Source: Callorhinchus milii (taxonomy: Eukaryota). Taken from it: a stretch of 64,000 nucleotides of DNA. The stretch spans positions 68,574,001-68,638,000 of the forward strand of contig NW_024704742.1 of NCBI RefSeq assembly GCF_018977255.1. The letters are read 5' to 3'. Each line of letters begins with the position of its first letter. Position 1 is the stretch's first letter. The notes beneath the pieces are model-generated. The model had not been told where the DNA came from, searched no databases, and saw nothing but the letters and a program-made list of their open reading frames with translations. This document shows positions 46,570-61,592 of this stretch, piece by piece. The translations under genes and the position numbers were made by a program.

Positions 46570-49500
46570 TTAGCCAATTTGTGCACAGCTAAGTCCCACA
46601 GCCACGTAGTGAATGACCAATTCATTTGGAGGTTTGCTGGCTGGGAAAACGGGAGTGCATTGTAACACCCACTTCATGCCTGCCCTTGACTACTGGTCAC
46701 TTCATGCCCTAGGACCTCCCTCCTCTCCCACCCACTGACATCCCACTCCACTGCCCAGTGCCTGTGCTCAGGTGGCTCTGGCCTACTGCACATCCTTCAT
46801 CCTCTCTGCTCCACCATCAGCGGGCTTGTTTTCAATCACTATGCCCCAAAACTATGGAACTCTCTGCCTCAATCCCTTTACCTTGCCCCCTCTTTGCCTG
46901 CCTTCAGATCAGGTCTGAATATATTCCTCTTCATCTGCACCTGTGGTCACTACCCCCCGCTCCCCGGCTTGGCCCTGTTAAGCGCTCTGAGATGCTACCC
47001 CACGAGAAGGGCACTGTATAAATGCAAGCTGTTGTTGTTGGTGTCAAGACCGTGTTTCCAGCAGTGTAGTGCTCCCTTAGCACTGCATTGAAGTATCAGC
47101 TTGGATTGGGCACTCAAAGCCACTATAAGAACTTCCAGCGTTATTCTGCAAAGGATCAAGGGGTTGAATCTGAAGGCAGCCAATGAGGGTTGAAACCATT
47201 AGTGGTGATTGATCTGGTGGGAAAGGCTTACAGTGATATGCTGCTATCTTTGTGGATGGAACTGTTACTTGAGAAATGTCTATTTGTTTATAGCAGACTG
47301 ACAGATTCAGTGAACATCCTGTGTAGCAACAGGAAATGAGTCAAGGGCAGAGAGATTGGGTGTTTAATAAGGCAGTGTTTATTGCTCTGACAACATAGAG
47401 TAAATGATACTCTGCTGCTCGGACTCCTTTTAGATAACTAATGGTTTATTAGCTGATCTTTTTATAGAATAGACTTGTGTTGTGAAATTCCCGGGAAAGG
47501 AAGAGACACCAGAAGTAACCTTTACTCTGCATGAGTCACTACTTAGAGCCAATCCCCACAATTAATCCATCCTGGTCTCATGCACACCCCCAACTCCAGC
47601 CTCAAAATGAGCTTTGAGGCAAATCCGTGGTTTTATTGAGAGGTGTCTCAGAGGGAACTTTGTGGAGACAAAAACAATTCTTGCATTTTTTACAGTGCCT
47701 TTCTATATAAAAATATTATAATCCTTGCATTTGATATAGCGCTTTTTCACGTCATTGAGACGTCTCAAAGCGCTTCACAGAATATACTGTAAAGTGTATT
47801 CTTCATACTTGTGGGCAAAACGCAGAAGCCAATCACGCACAGCAGTTGTGGATTGAGCAACCAAATTATTATTGTGTTTTTTTTCTTGAGGGATTATTAT
47901 CAGGCGTGTGGAGTAAGGAAACTTGCCCAAGGTTTCGCCCTGTTGGGAATTGAATCCAGGTCCATTGCCACCTTCAATGTCTATCTCAAGACCTTCTCAA
48001 CCCACACCCGCACCTCATGCAAACCCTCAACTGCTCAGCACCTTGGGACGTTCTCCCAAAGTGAAAGGCACTGTATAAATGCAATTTTTTATTCTTATTG
48101 TAATTGTAAACCCAGAAAATACTTTTAGGTATACCAAGGCAGCTGAATTTGCAATTCAAACCATTGAATGAATGTTACAAGGGTTTGAAGAGTCTGTACC
48201 TGAAACAGATTTATTATTGTAGCTGTGGTGTAAAAGATCAGAAGAGAGGTTTGGTTGCTGAACAAATTTGAGGACAGACACCATTTCTGGACTCAGATGT
48301 AATTAACAAATGGAGCCGATTATCAGGGAGAGTAGTCGAGGGTGACGACTCTGGATTCATTTAAAACACTGTTCAACACTGTGGGGGGAGGGCAGTGGGG
48401 TAGGGATTCTGAAAAGATGAGGCCAAAGGGCCTTCTTCATCCGAACCAATCTTCGTGTGCGTCAGCCTGAGTCAGAAAGTTGTGGGTTCAAGCCCCATGT
48501 TAGGACTTGGAATCACATAGTCTAAGCTGATACTCCAATGCAATGCTGACGGTGTGTTGCATTGTCAGAGGTGCCGTCATTCAGATGATATGTTAAACCG
48601 AGATCCCATATGCCTATTCAGGTGGACATTAAAGATCCTATGGCACTATTTGAAAAGAGAAGGAAGTCTCTCCTGGTGTCCCGGCCAACTTTCCTCATTA
48701 GGAGAGAAGTAAGCAGGGTCACCCTGAACTGGTTCCAAGGTGACATGCTTGGCAACGGAATGTCGGTCTCGGGATTTCGGTTCCTGAGCCAGGTGGGTTT
48801 GCAATATTCCGGGCACTGCGGATGACAACACAGCCTGCCTGGCTCATTGGCTGGACTTGGAAGGGCAGACCAGTCACTGGGGGCAGGGAATCATCCCACT
48901 CAGATCCTGTTAAGCCAAAACCCTAACGGTAGGGGTAGGATGGTCCTAGCTTTACAAGCAGTGGGAAAGCTTGCCAGACAGTGGGTTATGTGATTTTAGT
49001 TGGTTAGACTCCAGCAGTTACCCAAACACACACTCTGGGTCTCCAAGCCTTGGCTCTGGCCAACCTGCTCCTAATACTTTCTGGAATTATGTAACCTAAG
49101 ATGTGTCCCTCCAGGGAGAGAGTGCGCATTCCATTCCAACAATCTGTCTGGATTTCCATGTGTAGGTGGGATGTATGGAATTCTCAGTTTGGTTTGGATT
49201 CTCTTAGGCCTGGGGATGGGTTTCTGCATGTGTCAGACACCCGGCTGACCAAATTAAACAGCTGCAATTGTGCACAGTAGTATCCCCAAAACAGTTGGGG
49301 ATTGAGTGACCAAATGATTATTAATTTTTTTGAAGGGATTATTACCTCCAGAAAGTGATCCACCAATTGACTAACAAACAGGTTCCTACTTACTGCTAGG
49401 TAAACAGTGGTGTGTGGAGTAAGGAAACTTGCCTAAGGTTTCACTCTGCCCGGGAATCTAACCCATGTGCACTTGCTTGCGAGGCAAGTGCTCTAAGCAC

Positions 49501-50287
49501 TATTCTACAGGACTCCACAAGAATGCATTTTTCAGCACATTCAATGTGACAATTTTCAAAAAAAATTATACTTGATGTTTTAGAAATTTGCTAATTGCAG
49601 ATTTTTTTGTTAGGAAATACCGCAGATTAGAGCCCTGATGGAGGAGTGTTAGTTTATTTAAGTACGGTGATTGGCAGCACTCAGTGTTCCTGGCTCCACA
49701 GACCAGTAGTTCCCAGCAGGTGTGTATTTACGCGCAGGTTTTAATGCCTTTTAATTTAATCATACAATCTGCATTTTGCATTGGACAGAACATTCCCTTT
49801 CATATTTTAATTGGCAAATGTGCTGATGTTGCTTTCACCATTTAGAGATTGCAGAGAAGAGTGTAATAAAGGGAAAAGCTAAATCAAGGTGCTTTAGTCA
49901 TTCAATAGTCTAGTCAATAATGTAGTCCCATAGCATAGTTGTTAGTACGCTTGCCTTGCAAGTGAGAGGACCCAAGTTTGATTCCCGAGATGGGCGAAAC
50001 CTTAGGCAAGTTTCCTTACTCCACGTGCCTCTGTTTACCCAGCAGTAAGTAGGAACCCGGTTGTTAAGTCAATTGGCAGATCACTGTCCGGGTGATCACA
50101 GTGTTTCACGGGATTTATAATCCACCCCTCCCTAAATTTGGTCACTCAATCCATTGTGGGACACTGCTGTGTGCAATTGGCTGCGCAAAAGTATGAGAAC
50201 TTTTGTGTGGGTGGGGGGGGGGGGGGGGGGAAGTGCAGGGAGGCTGAACGTTCATTCAGGAAACTACAAGATCAAAAGATTGGTTTA

Positions 50288-50960
50288 CAACAACAACAAC
50301 AAAATTACATTTGTAAAGTGCCTTTCACATCGGGAGGACGTCCCAAGGCGCTGGACAGACAGCGTTATGGACCCGAGCTATGGGTTGAGGTGGGGAAGGG
50401 GGGAGGGCAGGCGGTGAAGCAGGGAGATCGAAAGTACGGTCTTAGAGGAAGGTCTTGAGTCAGGTCTTGAAAGTGACGAGGGAGGGGGTGAGATGGAGGG
50501 ACTGCGGGATGGAGTGCCAAAGGGTGGTTGAAGAGTGGCAGAAGGCCCGCCCACCGATAGTGGGGCGATCGAGGCGGGAAACTTGAAGCAGACCAGAGCC
50601 CACTGAGCGGGGGGAGCGAACAGGATGGTAGGGAGTTAGGAGGTCGGAGAGGTAAGGAGGAGCAAGGCCATGGAGGGCTTTGAAGGTGAAGACCAGGATC
50701 TTGAACTGTATCCTCTGTGTGATGGGAAGCCAATGGAGTCGGGTGAGGATGGGGGTGATAGGGTCACGGAGCCTAGTACGGGAGAGGACACAGGCTGCAG
50801 AGTTCTGGATGATCTGCAGTCTGTGGAGGGAGGAGTTCGAGAGGCCAACAAGCAGTGAGTTTGCACAGTCGAGCTTTGATGTAATGAAGGCATGTATGAG
50901 GGTTTTGGTAGCCTGTGGTGTGAGACAGTGTCAGAGCCGGGCGACGTTGCGAATGAAGAA
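50288..50960 (-). mobile_element. L2 3' fragment
   Basis: Same family as 40870-41630; (TTG)n tail. Confidence 0.92.
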
Positions 50961-51985
50961 GGTCCTTTGGCCCATTTAACTTCATCCTTTCAGAACGTCC
51001 ACCCTAAAGTCCTCCCATCACAGGGTCAAGCTATTTTTTAAAATGAGTTCCAGTGTTCTGGCCTCAACCTTCCTGGTGATCTGTTACAGACGGTAGTTAC
51101 CCTCTGAGTAAAGTGACAATTGTCACACAAGATCACATGATTGGTTTGAATGATGATGGCTCGTCTGCTGACCTGATCTCACTCGAGTAATCGTGCACAG
51201 ATACAGTTGCTTTGGCTTAGCAATGAGTGTGAGGATGTGGGGCAAGTGGTTAAACCTTTATTGTTTTCAGTGTCTTTATTACAGATATCCCAGGCACGTA
51301 ACTGTTCTTGAAGTTTCCTATCTTTTCGTCAGCATGGGATCTTTTGTCAGCCCCAGCACTTGTCACCCTCTGTGTGGGTTGATGTTGCGGTTGGACAGGG
51401 CTCTGGTGTGAAACATGGACAAGAGCTCTGTCAATCCATCCATCCACACAGTCAACAATGTGCAGAGCACACCTCAGCATCCAGAGTAACACAGCACCAG
51501 GTGGACATACAACTCAAAGATATATCTGTACATGCACAGCCCATAATACAACAACATCAACTTGCACTTGTATAGAGCCCTCCACGCAGGGTAGAGTCTC
51601 AGAGCGCTTAACAGTGGCGGAGCCTGACTCTAAGTGGGGGGAGGGTGGTGGCCGTAAGCATGGCTGAAGAGGAAAGTTTTCAGGTGGAACTTGAAAGAGT
51701 GGAGAGAGAGGGCAAGGCAGAGGATTGAGGGAGAGTGTTCCAGAGTTTTGGGACGTAGTTGCTGAAAGTGCAACCTCGATGGTGGGGTGGAGAATGCGAG
51801 GGACAAGCTGGAAACCGGTGCCAGTCGAGCGGAGGTGCCAGGTGGTGGATTGGACAGTGAGGAGGTCAGAGAGGTAGGGAGTGAATGGATTTGAAGACGA
51901 GTGTGAGGATCTCTGAAGTCGATCCATTCGGTGATGGGGAGCCAGTGGAGCCTGGCCAGAACTGGTGAGAATAATATTCCTTATT

Positions 51986-52347
51986 GGAGTCCTGTAGCAT
52001 AGGGATTAGAATGCTCACCTCGCAAGCAAAAGGGCCCAGGTTTGATTCCCGGGAAGGGCCAAACCTTAGGCATGTTTCCTTACTCCATCTGCCTCTGTTT
52101 ACCTAGCGGTAATTAGGAACCTGGCTGTTAGTCGATTAGCGGATCGCCTTCCTGGAATAATATATTCTCAAAAAAACATGTGTTCACTAAATTCTCAACT
52201 GTTTGTGGGACACTGCTGTACGCAATTGGCTGCAATTTCACCCACAAACTACAGTCAATCCATTTTACAATATATTCTGTAAAGCGTTTTGAGATGTCTC
52301 AACAAAGTAATGAGGCGCTATATCAAATGCATGGCTTATTATTATTA
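51986..52347 (+). mobile_element. tRNA(Ala)-like SINE, long form, tail-to-tail with a minus-strand Deu-SINE (~52340-52700)
   Basis: Heads at both outer ends; the tails share one TTATTATT tract. Confidence 0.85.
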
Positions 52348-55055
52348 TCCTTGCATTTGAGCCCCTTTCGCATCGAGGGAATGTCTCAAACACTTCACAG
52401 GATTTGCTGTACAGTGAAGTGACCGTATTTCCACATAAACACGGCAGCACAATTGCACATTGCAAAGTCCCACAAACAACCATTGAAACGAGTGACCAAT
52501 TTTATTTGGGGGATTGTTGGCCAGGACACTGAGAGAGAGAAACTCCCTTCTTTTTTCAAAGAGTGCCACGGGATCTTCAAGTTTCACCTGAACAGGCAGG
52601 TTTAATATCTCATCCAAAGGACGGCACCTCTGACAATGTAGCCCATCCTCAGAACTGCATTGGAGCGTCAGCTTAGATCATGTGAGTTCAAGTCCTGTGA
52701 GCCGGTTAGAGTGATAGTGAGGTGCTGGGGCTTGAAGTGATTTGTAGGTGAGTGTAAAGATCTTGAAATCGATAATCCTTTAGTGAAGTTGTATAACACC
52801 AAGCTGGTAGCCTGTTATCTTTATATGCTCTCTGTGGAAATTCTGATCTAAACATATTCGACACTTAAGTGCATCTCTTGGCAGCTGAGCTGCATGTTTA
52901 TCGTGATTTGGTTGCACTGGTAAATGGGCGCTGCAGTACCATTAAGTGCCTGCTGATGGCAGAGTGGAGCCCGAGATATCATGATCTCCCTTGTGTTAGT
53001 TACTTATATAAGTAAAATTGGTCATTCACTTCATGGGTGTTTGTGAGACATTGCTGTGCGCAAATTGGCACCCACTGCCTTCTGACTCAGAGGTGGGAGT
53101 GCAACCGACTGAGCCAGGCTGAATCTAAGGTTTCGCCCTGCCAGGAATCGAATCCGGATCCTCTTGCTTGCGAGGCAAGTGCTCTAACCACTACACTGCA
53201 GGGCTCCACATATGTGAAGAATAGAGGCTTGAAGGGATATGGGGAAAGGGCAGGGTAGTGGGATTGAATGAAACCCTCTTTGAGAGCCAATACAGACTTG
53301 ATAGCCAAATGGCCTCCTTCTGTGTTGTAAATCTGTACGATTTTATTTCCAGGATGTCTCTTTACTCTTCTAGATCTTTCTCCTTTGAACACCTCACTCT
53401 CCATCATCGCTCTAACGCTTCTTTATGATCCTCATTGGCTACTGTCATTCCAAACCTCTCGGCACCTTTCTTGCCAAAATCTCCTCTCTTCTACTCCATG
53501 CACCTCTTCATCATTTGTGACTTTAACCGGCATCACCTCTCCCTGTCCCACCTCCACTGCTCACAACAACTTGCATTTACCTTTCACACGGGTAACATTT
53601 CAGAGCACTTTGACAGAGTCACAGCCAACAGCAAAGGCAATGAGATGACACCAAATGATCTGGATGTACAATTTGTGGGCAGCGTTTCCTATAATCAAAA
53701 GGTTCCGATGTTTCTGAAGATAGTTATTTAACTTGCCTTTAATTACTGCTCTATTCTTAGCAAAGCACTACAAAACATCCAGTACTAATCAGTGTTGAGC
53801 CAACAAAGTGTGAAGTGAAGATTATGAATTTAGGAAAGTGTCACCACACTGGTGAATTCTGAATACACACCTGCAGACTATATGACTTTTGCATGTGGAT
53901 AGGTAGGATCTGGAAACCAGGAGTGGACAATTCAGCAGTGGTTCCATAATTATTGGAGTCCTGTAGAGTATTGGTGAAAGCACTCGCCTCGCAAACAAGA
54001 GAGAACCCGGGTTCGATTCCCGGGTAGAGTGAAACTTTAGGGAAGCTTTCTTACTCCATATGCCTCTGTTTACTTAGCAGTAGGTAAAAACCCAGTTGTG
54101 AGACACTGCGGTGCACAATTGGCTGCTGTGTTTTGCCTACAAAATATACAGTGAATTCATTTTATAGTATATTCTGTGAAGCATTTTGAGATGACTCAGA
54201 TGTGATAAGGCATTATATCAAATGCAAAGATTATCATTTAAGAGACTTTCTCCCAATGTCCTGGAAACAGACTTTCAGATAAAATGCACATTTACAGCAT
54301 CGCTCGCTATATGTAGAATTATTCTACGTGCCAAATAGCTGCCATATTTTGCCATGAAACCAGTCACCACAACTGATAGGAATTACTGTGAAGCATTTTG
54401 CAACATTTTAACGTAATATCTACTGACATATTAGTACTTGAAAAAAACACAATTGTGTTCTTACTGTTCTATTCTTGAAACTACTTGAGTTCTCGTGTCC
54501 TGACCCACAAGCCCCTAGATGAAATTGGTCATACACTTCATGGCTGTTTGTGTGACATTACTGAGTACTAATTGTTTGTTTGCCCACAAATACAGTCACG
54601 ACACATCACAGTAAAATCTTCAGCTCCTGTGAACCTTGCAAGCCAAAGCCCTAATGGGTAGGGTGGTCCTAGCTGGACAAGCAGTGGGAAAGCTTGCCAG
54701 ACAGCAATATCAATGCAAGCTGTGCGGTTTTAGCTGGTTAGACTCCAGCAGTTACCTAACGCACACTCTGGGGTCCCCAAGCCCTGACTCTTGCCAACCT
54801 GCGCCTATTACTTTCCAGAATTTAGGTAAGCAGGATGCGTCCATCTAGGGGGAGAGTGCACATTCCATTCCACCAATCTATCTCTGGAATTTCCATGTGT
54901 AGGTGGGATGCATGGAATTCTCAGTTGGTTTGGATAAGCTTAAGCATGATGATGACTTCCGTACATGTCAGACATACAGCTGACAAAAGAAAACACAATA
55001 AAATACAATTTAATGCTTTGAGACACCTCAACAACATGATAAGGTGCTATGTCTC

Positions 55056-55480
55056 ATAGTTTATTGGTTAGAGCACTCACCTCCCAAGCAAGAGCACCTG
55101 GGTTCGTTTCCCGGGGCAGGGTGAAACCTTAGGCAAGTTTTCTTACTCCACACGCCTCTATTTACCTAACAGTAACTAGGACCTGGTTGTTAGTTGATTG
55201 GTGGATCACTTTCCAGAAGTAATAGTCCATTCTCCGCCCAAAAATGTGGTCACTCAACCCACGACTATTTGTGGGACACTATTGTGCAGAATTGGCTGCC
55301 ACGTTTTGCCCCCAAAATACAGTCGAATCCACTTTAAAATATATTCTATGACGCGCTTTGAGATGTCTCAATGACGTAATAAGGTGCTAAATCAAATGCA
55401 AGGATTATAAAATTCTATGAAGCACTTTTAGACGACTCAACAACATGATAAGGCGCTATGTCAAATTCAAGGATTATTAT
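55056..55480 (+). mobile_element. Long-form SINE with a tandemly repeated tail stem-loop
   Basis: The ATTCTATGA...TCAAAT.CAAGGATTAT block occurs twice (about 55343-55408 and 55412-55480). Confidence 0.8.
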
Positions 55481-56074
55481 AAAGCAATATAAAACTTCCA
55501 GTGTAACTCAGGATCGAGCCAGCGAGGTGGAAATTAGAAATCAGCCAACTCCACATTGCCAGAAGCAGTTAAAACACAGCTTCAATAAAACCTTTTAAAT
55601 TGAGAGTTTCTTTTGACAAATTAGGTCCAAGTGTAATAATAGAGGGCAGAAGATGACAAAAATAATACATAATAAAGCACATTCAATAAAGCCCAGGAAC
55701 CGGACTTAGAAATATGGTGCGGAGCGATAAGACTATTTTAAAGGCAGCAACGTGAATATATTGTGTCACAGTTAAGGCAGTTTTGTAACTGATCAGTTAC
55801 ACTGTAGTTATCAAGTTCTCTTCACTAGCTGGAGGAAATTTTGTGTTCCGCATTTATAATGGGAGTCTGTAGAAAATTGTATAGAGTTCAACCTATTAGG
55901 GTAGGTAGTTATTTCATTTCTCTCTGGATTTTTTTTAACACGGAAACAGTTTTTTAATATATATTAAAGGGTTGCTTTCCTTCTCTATAGCCAGGAATGA
56001 GTTAAATGGCTTGAGCTGACCATTTTTTAAGCTGAGCTGTGCAGGTGGGATAATGCCTTGCTGTATCTCTGTAT

Positions 56075-56468
56075 TAATAATAACAGCAACAGCAAATTAC
56101 ATTTGTATAGCGCCTTTCATGTTGGGAGGACGTCCCAAGGCGCTGGATAGTCAGGGATTTGGACCTGAGTAGGGGGTTGAGATCAGGAGAGGTGAAGGGC
56201 AAGGAGGGTAGAGGTAGGAAGGTGATGAAGGCGCGATCGAAGAGGAGGGTTTTGAGACGTGCCTTGAAGGAGGCAAGGGAAAGGGCAAGGCGAAGGGACT
56301 GCAGGATGGAATTCCAAATGGTAGGGGCAGAGACTGAAGGCCCGACCTCCGATGGTGGGACGAGCCGGGTGAGAGACATGGAGCAAGCCAGAGCATGCTT
56401 AGCAGAGGGAGCATGGGGTTAGCAGGTCACAGAGGTAGGGAGGAGCAAGGCCATAGAGGGCTTTGAAT
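56075..56468 (-). mobile_element. L2 3' fragment
   Basis: SAPTIWNSIL...FKARLKTLLFDRAF. Confidence 0.9.
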
Positions 56469-57016
56469 ATTAATAGGATAAGCCATCACTAAATAAATGT
56501 ATCTATGTACTCCTCAGTGCTCAGGCTGAACATATAACATTCAGTGGTTAGTTATGGAGGTTTCACATGTTCTCTCACTCACTAACCAGACAGCACAAGT
56601 TATAGCCCTGTGGATTTCACTGCTGGTTCCAGCAAACAATGATTCAAATTGGATTGTGAGGTGAAATTCTTGTTCCCCATCCAGTTTAATGCCGTCGAAA
56701 TAACAGCGTCAGCATTTGGGCTCAAAATTCAAAAAACTCTTTTGATTCAGACAAAATCAAATCTCTTCGCTCAAAAGGTGGCAAAAGTTAGACAAATATA
56801 GAAAGGACAAAAGTAATATTTCAGGGATTGATTTTACTCAATAGTCCTCAATTTTGATGTGTTGCCTGGGATCAGTCAGTTGCATTCTTGCCTCTAGTCA
56901 GACATTTGAGACTCATGGTCTAAATAAACTTAAACTCTAGTTTAGACGTGTTGCATTGTCGGGGGTGGTGCCTTTCAGGTGAGAAGTTAAACTGATATCT
57001 CACCTGCCTGTTCAGA

Positions 57017-57350
57017 TAATAAGAATATTTGCATTTGATGTAGTGTTTTATCAAGTCATTGAGACGTCTCAAAAAGCTTCACAAGTATATTGAAAAGTAG
57101 ATTGACTTGCATTTTGTGGGTGAAATGCGGTAGCCAATTGCGCACAACAGTCATGGATTGAGTGACCACATTTTGTTTTGGAGGGATTGTTACCCCCCGG
57201 AAAGAGATCTGCCAATTGACTAACAACCATATTCCTACTTACTGCTAGGTAAACAAAGTGTGGATAAGGAAACTTGCCTAAGGTTTCACCCCATCCAGGA
57301 ATTGAACCCAGGTCCTCTCACTTGCGAGGCGAGCATACTAACCACCACTG
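57017..57350 (-). mobile_element. Long-form SINE
   Basis: Head, body and tail motifs. Confidence 0.85.
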
Positions 57351-57436
57351 CGTCACAGCACTATAACACTGGAGATCACTGTTGTTGCTTTCCTCTGGAT
57401 GTGTTCCAGACCCTGGTTAGCCCCTTTATGTCATAG

Positions 57437-58185
57437 CAACAATAACAGCAGCAACAAAATTACATTTGTTTATCACCTTTCACATGGGGAGGACATCCCA
57501 AGGCGAACAGTCAGTGTTTCAGACCTGAGCTGGGGGATTGGGATTGGGGAGGGTGGAGGGCAGAGGGGAAGCAGGGTGATTGAAAGCACGGTCGAAGAGG
57601 ACAGTCTTGAGATGAGTCTTGAAAGAGGCAAGGGAGGAGGCGAGGTGGAGGAAATGCGGGATGGAGTTCCAGAGGGTGGGGGCAGAGTGTCAGAAGGCTC
57701 GCCCACCAATGGTGGGGCGAACAAGGTGGGGGACGTGAAGCAGGCCGGAGCCCGCTGAGGGGAGGGAGCGGGCGGGATGGTAGGGGGTTAGGAGGTCACA
57801 GAGGTAGGGGGGAGCAAGACCATGGAGGGCTTTGAAGGTGAGGACCAGGATCTATGTGATGGGAAGCCAGTGGAGTTGGACGAGGATGGAGCCTGGTGCG
57901 GGAGAGGATACTGGCTGCAGAGTTCTGGATGATCTGCAGCCTATGGAGGGAGGAGTTGGGGAGGTCGACAAGTAGGGAGTTTGCATAGTCAAGCCTGGAT
58001 GTTATGAATGCGTGTGTGAAGGTTTCGGTGGCCTGCGGTGTGAAACAGTGGCAGAACCGGGAGATGTTGTGGAGATGGGATGTTGTCGGAGCGGATCATG
58101 GCACGGATATGGGGTAGAAAGGATAATTGAGGGTCAAACAAGATGCCAAGGTTCCGAACTGACTTAGTAATGTGGAGTGTGCATC
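57437..58185 (-). mobile_element. L2 3' fragment
   Basis: Colinear with the other L2 copies. Confidence 0.9.
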
Positions 58186-58985
58186 ACGGATATAGCAACC
58201 TAAGCTCTACTCAGTACCTTTAGTTTATTTGGCTGTTCCTTGTAGCTCACACTGTAACATTGGGGAAATTGCTCATTACACATTTCTGCACAGCCCCAGA
58301 ATAATGAAACATTTTAATATCATGTTACAGATCCGTACACTACTCCAGGTGCAGCCTGACAAAAGTACTTTACAGCTTGAGAATGACTTCTGGGGAATTA
58401 AACTGAACTGACTTTGCAAAGCATCCTACTTGCCTTTTTTATTACAACCTCACATTGTTTGAACGTGGTACATACAACAAGCCAATTAATCACCCTGTGG
58501 TCCCTTACACCTTCCTTCATGATATGTCTGTCCCATCCATGGAAATAGCGCACGTGCCTTTCTTCTGCTTCAAATTCTCGACACCTCGCATTTGTCTAAT
58601 GAATTGTTCTCCATGATCATGATCATCCTTGAAGTTGGTATCGCGCCTTCAGCATCAAAACATTTCAAACCACTTCACAAGTAGGTGCTAAGTAGTTGTG
58701 CATTTTTGCAGCCAGTATGCGCACAGCTAAGTTGCTTCATCAGCCATCAGGTGTATGACCAATTTATCTAGAGGATTGTTGGCCAGGGCTCCCTATTCTA
58801 TTTTGAAAAATGTTGTGGGATTTTTGGCATGCAGATCTTGGTTTAATGTTTTATTGAAAAGATGCTGCTGTAACAGGCCTGTGCATGGTCAATGGTGCAC
58901 TGTGCAGTGGGATTCAATGAATAACTTGCTTGTTCTGGTGTTCATGCATATTGGTGTGCTGCTGAGCTAGGATGACACATCTTGC

Positions 58986-59300
58986 GTGTTAGCTTGGCTC
59001 AGTGCTAGCACTCGCGCCTCTTGAGTCAGAAGGTTGTGGGTTCAAGCCTTACGTCAGGATTTGGAATCACTTTGTCTCAGCTGACATTCCATTGCAGCGT
59101 TGGTAGTATGTTCGCTGCATTGCCGGAGGTGCGTCCTTCGGAGGAGACATTAAATCTGCCTTTTCAGGTGGACGTTAAAGATCCCGTGGCTCTATTTGAA
59201 AAGAGAAGGGAGTTTCTGCCGGTGTACTGGCCAACAATCCCCAAAATAAAGTTGGTGACTAACTCCATGGTTGTTGGTGGGACATTCCTGTGTGAAGATT
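58986..59300 (+). mobile_element. Deu-domain SINE
   Basis: TGGCTCAGTGCTAGCACTC...GGGTTCAAGCC head followed by Deu motifs. Confidence 0.82.
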
Positions 59301-59864
59301 GTCCAATTGGCCCCTTATCACCAAGGACCTTCTTAAAGGGAGACAATTTGCTAACACATGGCCTGCCACACATACCTCAGGGAATACCGCACTCCTCCAG
59401 CATATTTGTTATCAAAGAAAACCTTGCAGTTGCAGTTATCAAAAGATTGGTTCGGATGAAGAAAGCTCATCAGCCCAGATGATCTCATTATTGCAGAACA
59501 CTCACAGTATCGTCATCTCATCACAGCATCAAGCTGCTCTTTAACTGAGTCCAGTGTCTTGGCCTTAACCATATAGAAGTCTGTGTTCTCAAAGGACATC
59601 ATTAACCTTTTCAAATATCTGCTTTTAAGCAAGAAAGCTTCTAGGCCTACAACAATTGCAGACAGTTCTCCTGTTCTCAGTCTATTTCAAAATATAAATT
59701 ATTGGTCTTGGCTATGAAACCGGCTGCCACTGGATTTGGTCATGTTATTCCTTCTCTCCATGCCCACTGCATCCATGTCTGCAGTCTCTCTTCCCAACCA
59801 TGTCTGCAGTCTGTCTATGATTACAGTGGTGAGACACCACCTTGTTGACGAGTATCAACAAGAT

Positions 59865-60092
59865 AATAATAATCCCTCCAAAAAAACCAAAAAACAATAA
59901 TAAAAAAAAAATTGGTCATTTTCAATCTACGACTGTTTGTGGGACATTGCTGTGCGCAATTGGCTGCCGCGTTCGCCCACAAATATACAGTCAATTCACT
60001 TTACAGTGTGTTCTGTGAAGCGCTTTGGGACGTCCTCCCGACGTGAAAAGCGCTATATCAAATGCAAGGATTATTATTATTATTATTATTAT
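59865..60092 (+). mobile_element. Young SINE, 5'-truncated
   Basis: Essentially identical to 16890-17108. Confidence 0.92.
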
Positions 60093-61592
60093 TTCCTGGT
60101 AACCTGTTCCAGTTATTCATTACCCTCTGAGTAAAGAAAAATGTCCTGGTGTCTGTCCTGAAATTGTCCTTTGCAACTCTAAACCTGAGTTTTCTTGTTC
60201 TACTATCTTGTTGCATCTTGATTGATCTGGCTTGATCAATCCCATTTAAAATGTTATATACAAAGTAATGGTTTATGGATATAGCCCCCAGCGCATCTGG
60301 GTACATCTGTAATTAATGTGTTATGAATTATTATATTTAAGCCATGCATTACATTATCTAGCAATTGTTTTGTTTTTGTTTCGGGTGGAAGGGAGAGTCG
60401 TATATTATTCTGACTACACATAATATTGCAGCATGCAAAATGATGGGATGAAATGCTTGGAAGTGATTTACATCCTTGTGATCTGAGTGGATTACAGAAT
60501 GTTTGTGTCATCCACATTAAAAACAACTTGCATTTACACGTCGCCTTCACTTAGGATAATGTCTCGAACACTTCACAGTGGTGGAATGGGTAATGGGCTA
60601 GGAGGGGAGGAAAGAGGAGGTCACCAAAGGTACTAAAGCCTGACTGTGTTTCTGTATTAATGGGATAAAACCTCATTGTATCTCTGTATCGGTGGGATAA
60701 ATCCTCACTAACTATAGGAGCAGCTGAATAGGTAGGTTTTAAGGTGTCATTTGAAGATAGAGACGGGGCAAAAGGCAATGCAATTCAAATAACACCCTTA
60801 ATGGGATATTTAAAGTATACCTGGAGTCCTGTAGCGTGGTGGTTAGTGTGCATGCCTTGCAGTAACTAGATAGATTCCTTTAAAACATAAAGAGGTCACA
60901 AATAACATGACATATTTCCTTTTGACCTGGTAAGTATCCATTGCAGTCCATTTGTATATCCAGGATATTTGTACCAACTCACTGGGGTGCGCACTTCCCA
61001 GTGTTAGGTCCATGTGGAAAGTAGTTCTACATTACCATATCTTTCCACAGTGCTTTCAATGAATTAACATAGTAACTCCATTGGCAGTTAACTATCTGTT
61101 GCTATCAGCCAAGGAGTTTGTGACCTATTGGACATTGACAGCTTTGTGGTCACAAAGTGTAAAATTAAACGATGATCGTCCACAGTAAATACTGATACTG
61201 CACCCATCGGACCATGGAAAGAAAATAGCCCATTGAAATGTTAGGGATAACTAAGCACTTGATGCACTGCTTCTGATAATTGTGTCAGTTTAAAAACAAA
61301 TCAATTCACCCTCTGCCTTCTTCATAAGGGAAGCATATTTTACACCTAGGCACACACACTGGAAACAACTGCATATAGAAAGAATAATCAGAAAGTATAA
61401 AAGGTTAAGCCTTCCGAGACACTACCCCACGTGAAGGGCACTATGTAAATGCAAGTTGTTGTTGTAGCTTGCATACTGTTCCTCAGACACTGAAATTCAG
61501 TCTGTTATATAGTCAGTTTGTTATATATATAAGATCATCCTGGAAGCCGAGGAAAACCCCAGGCTACTTTTCTCCACCGCTATTAATGTTTT

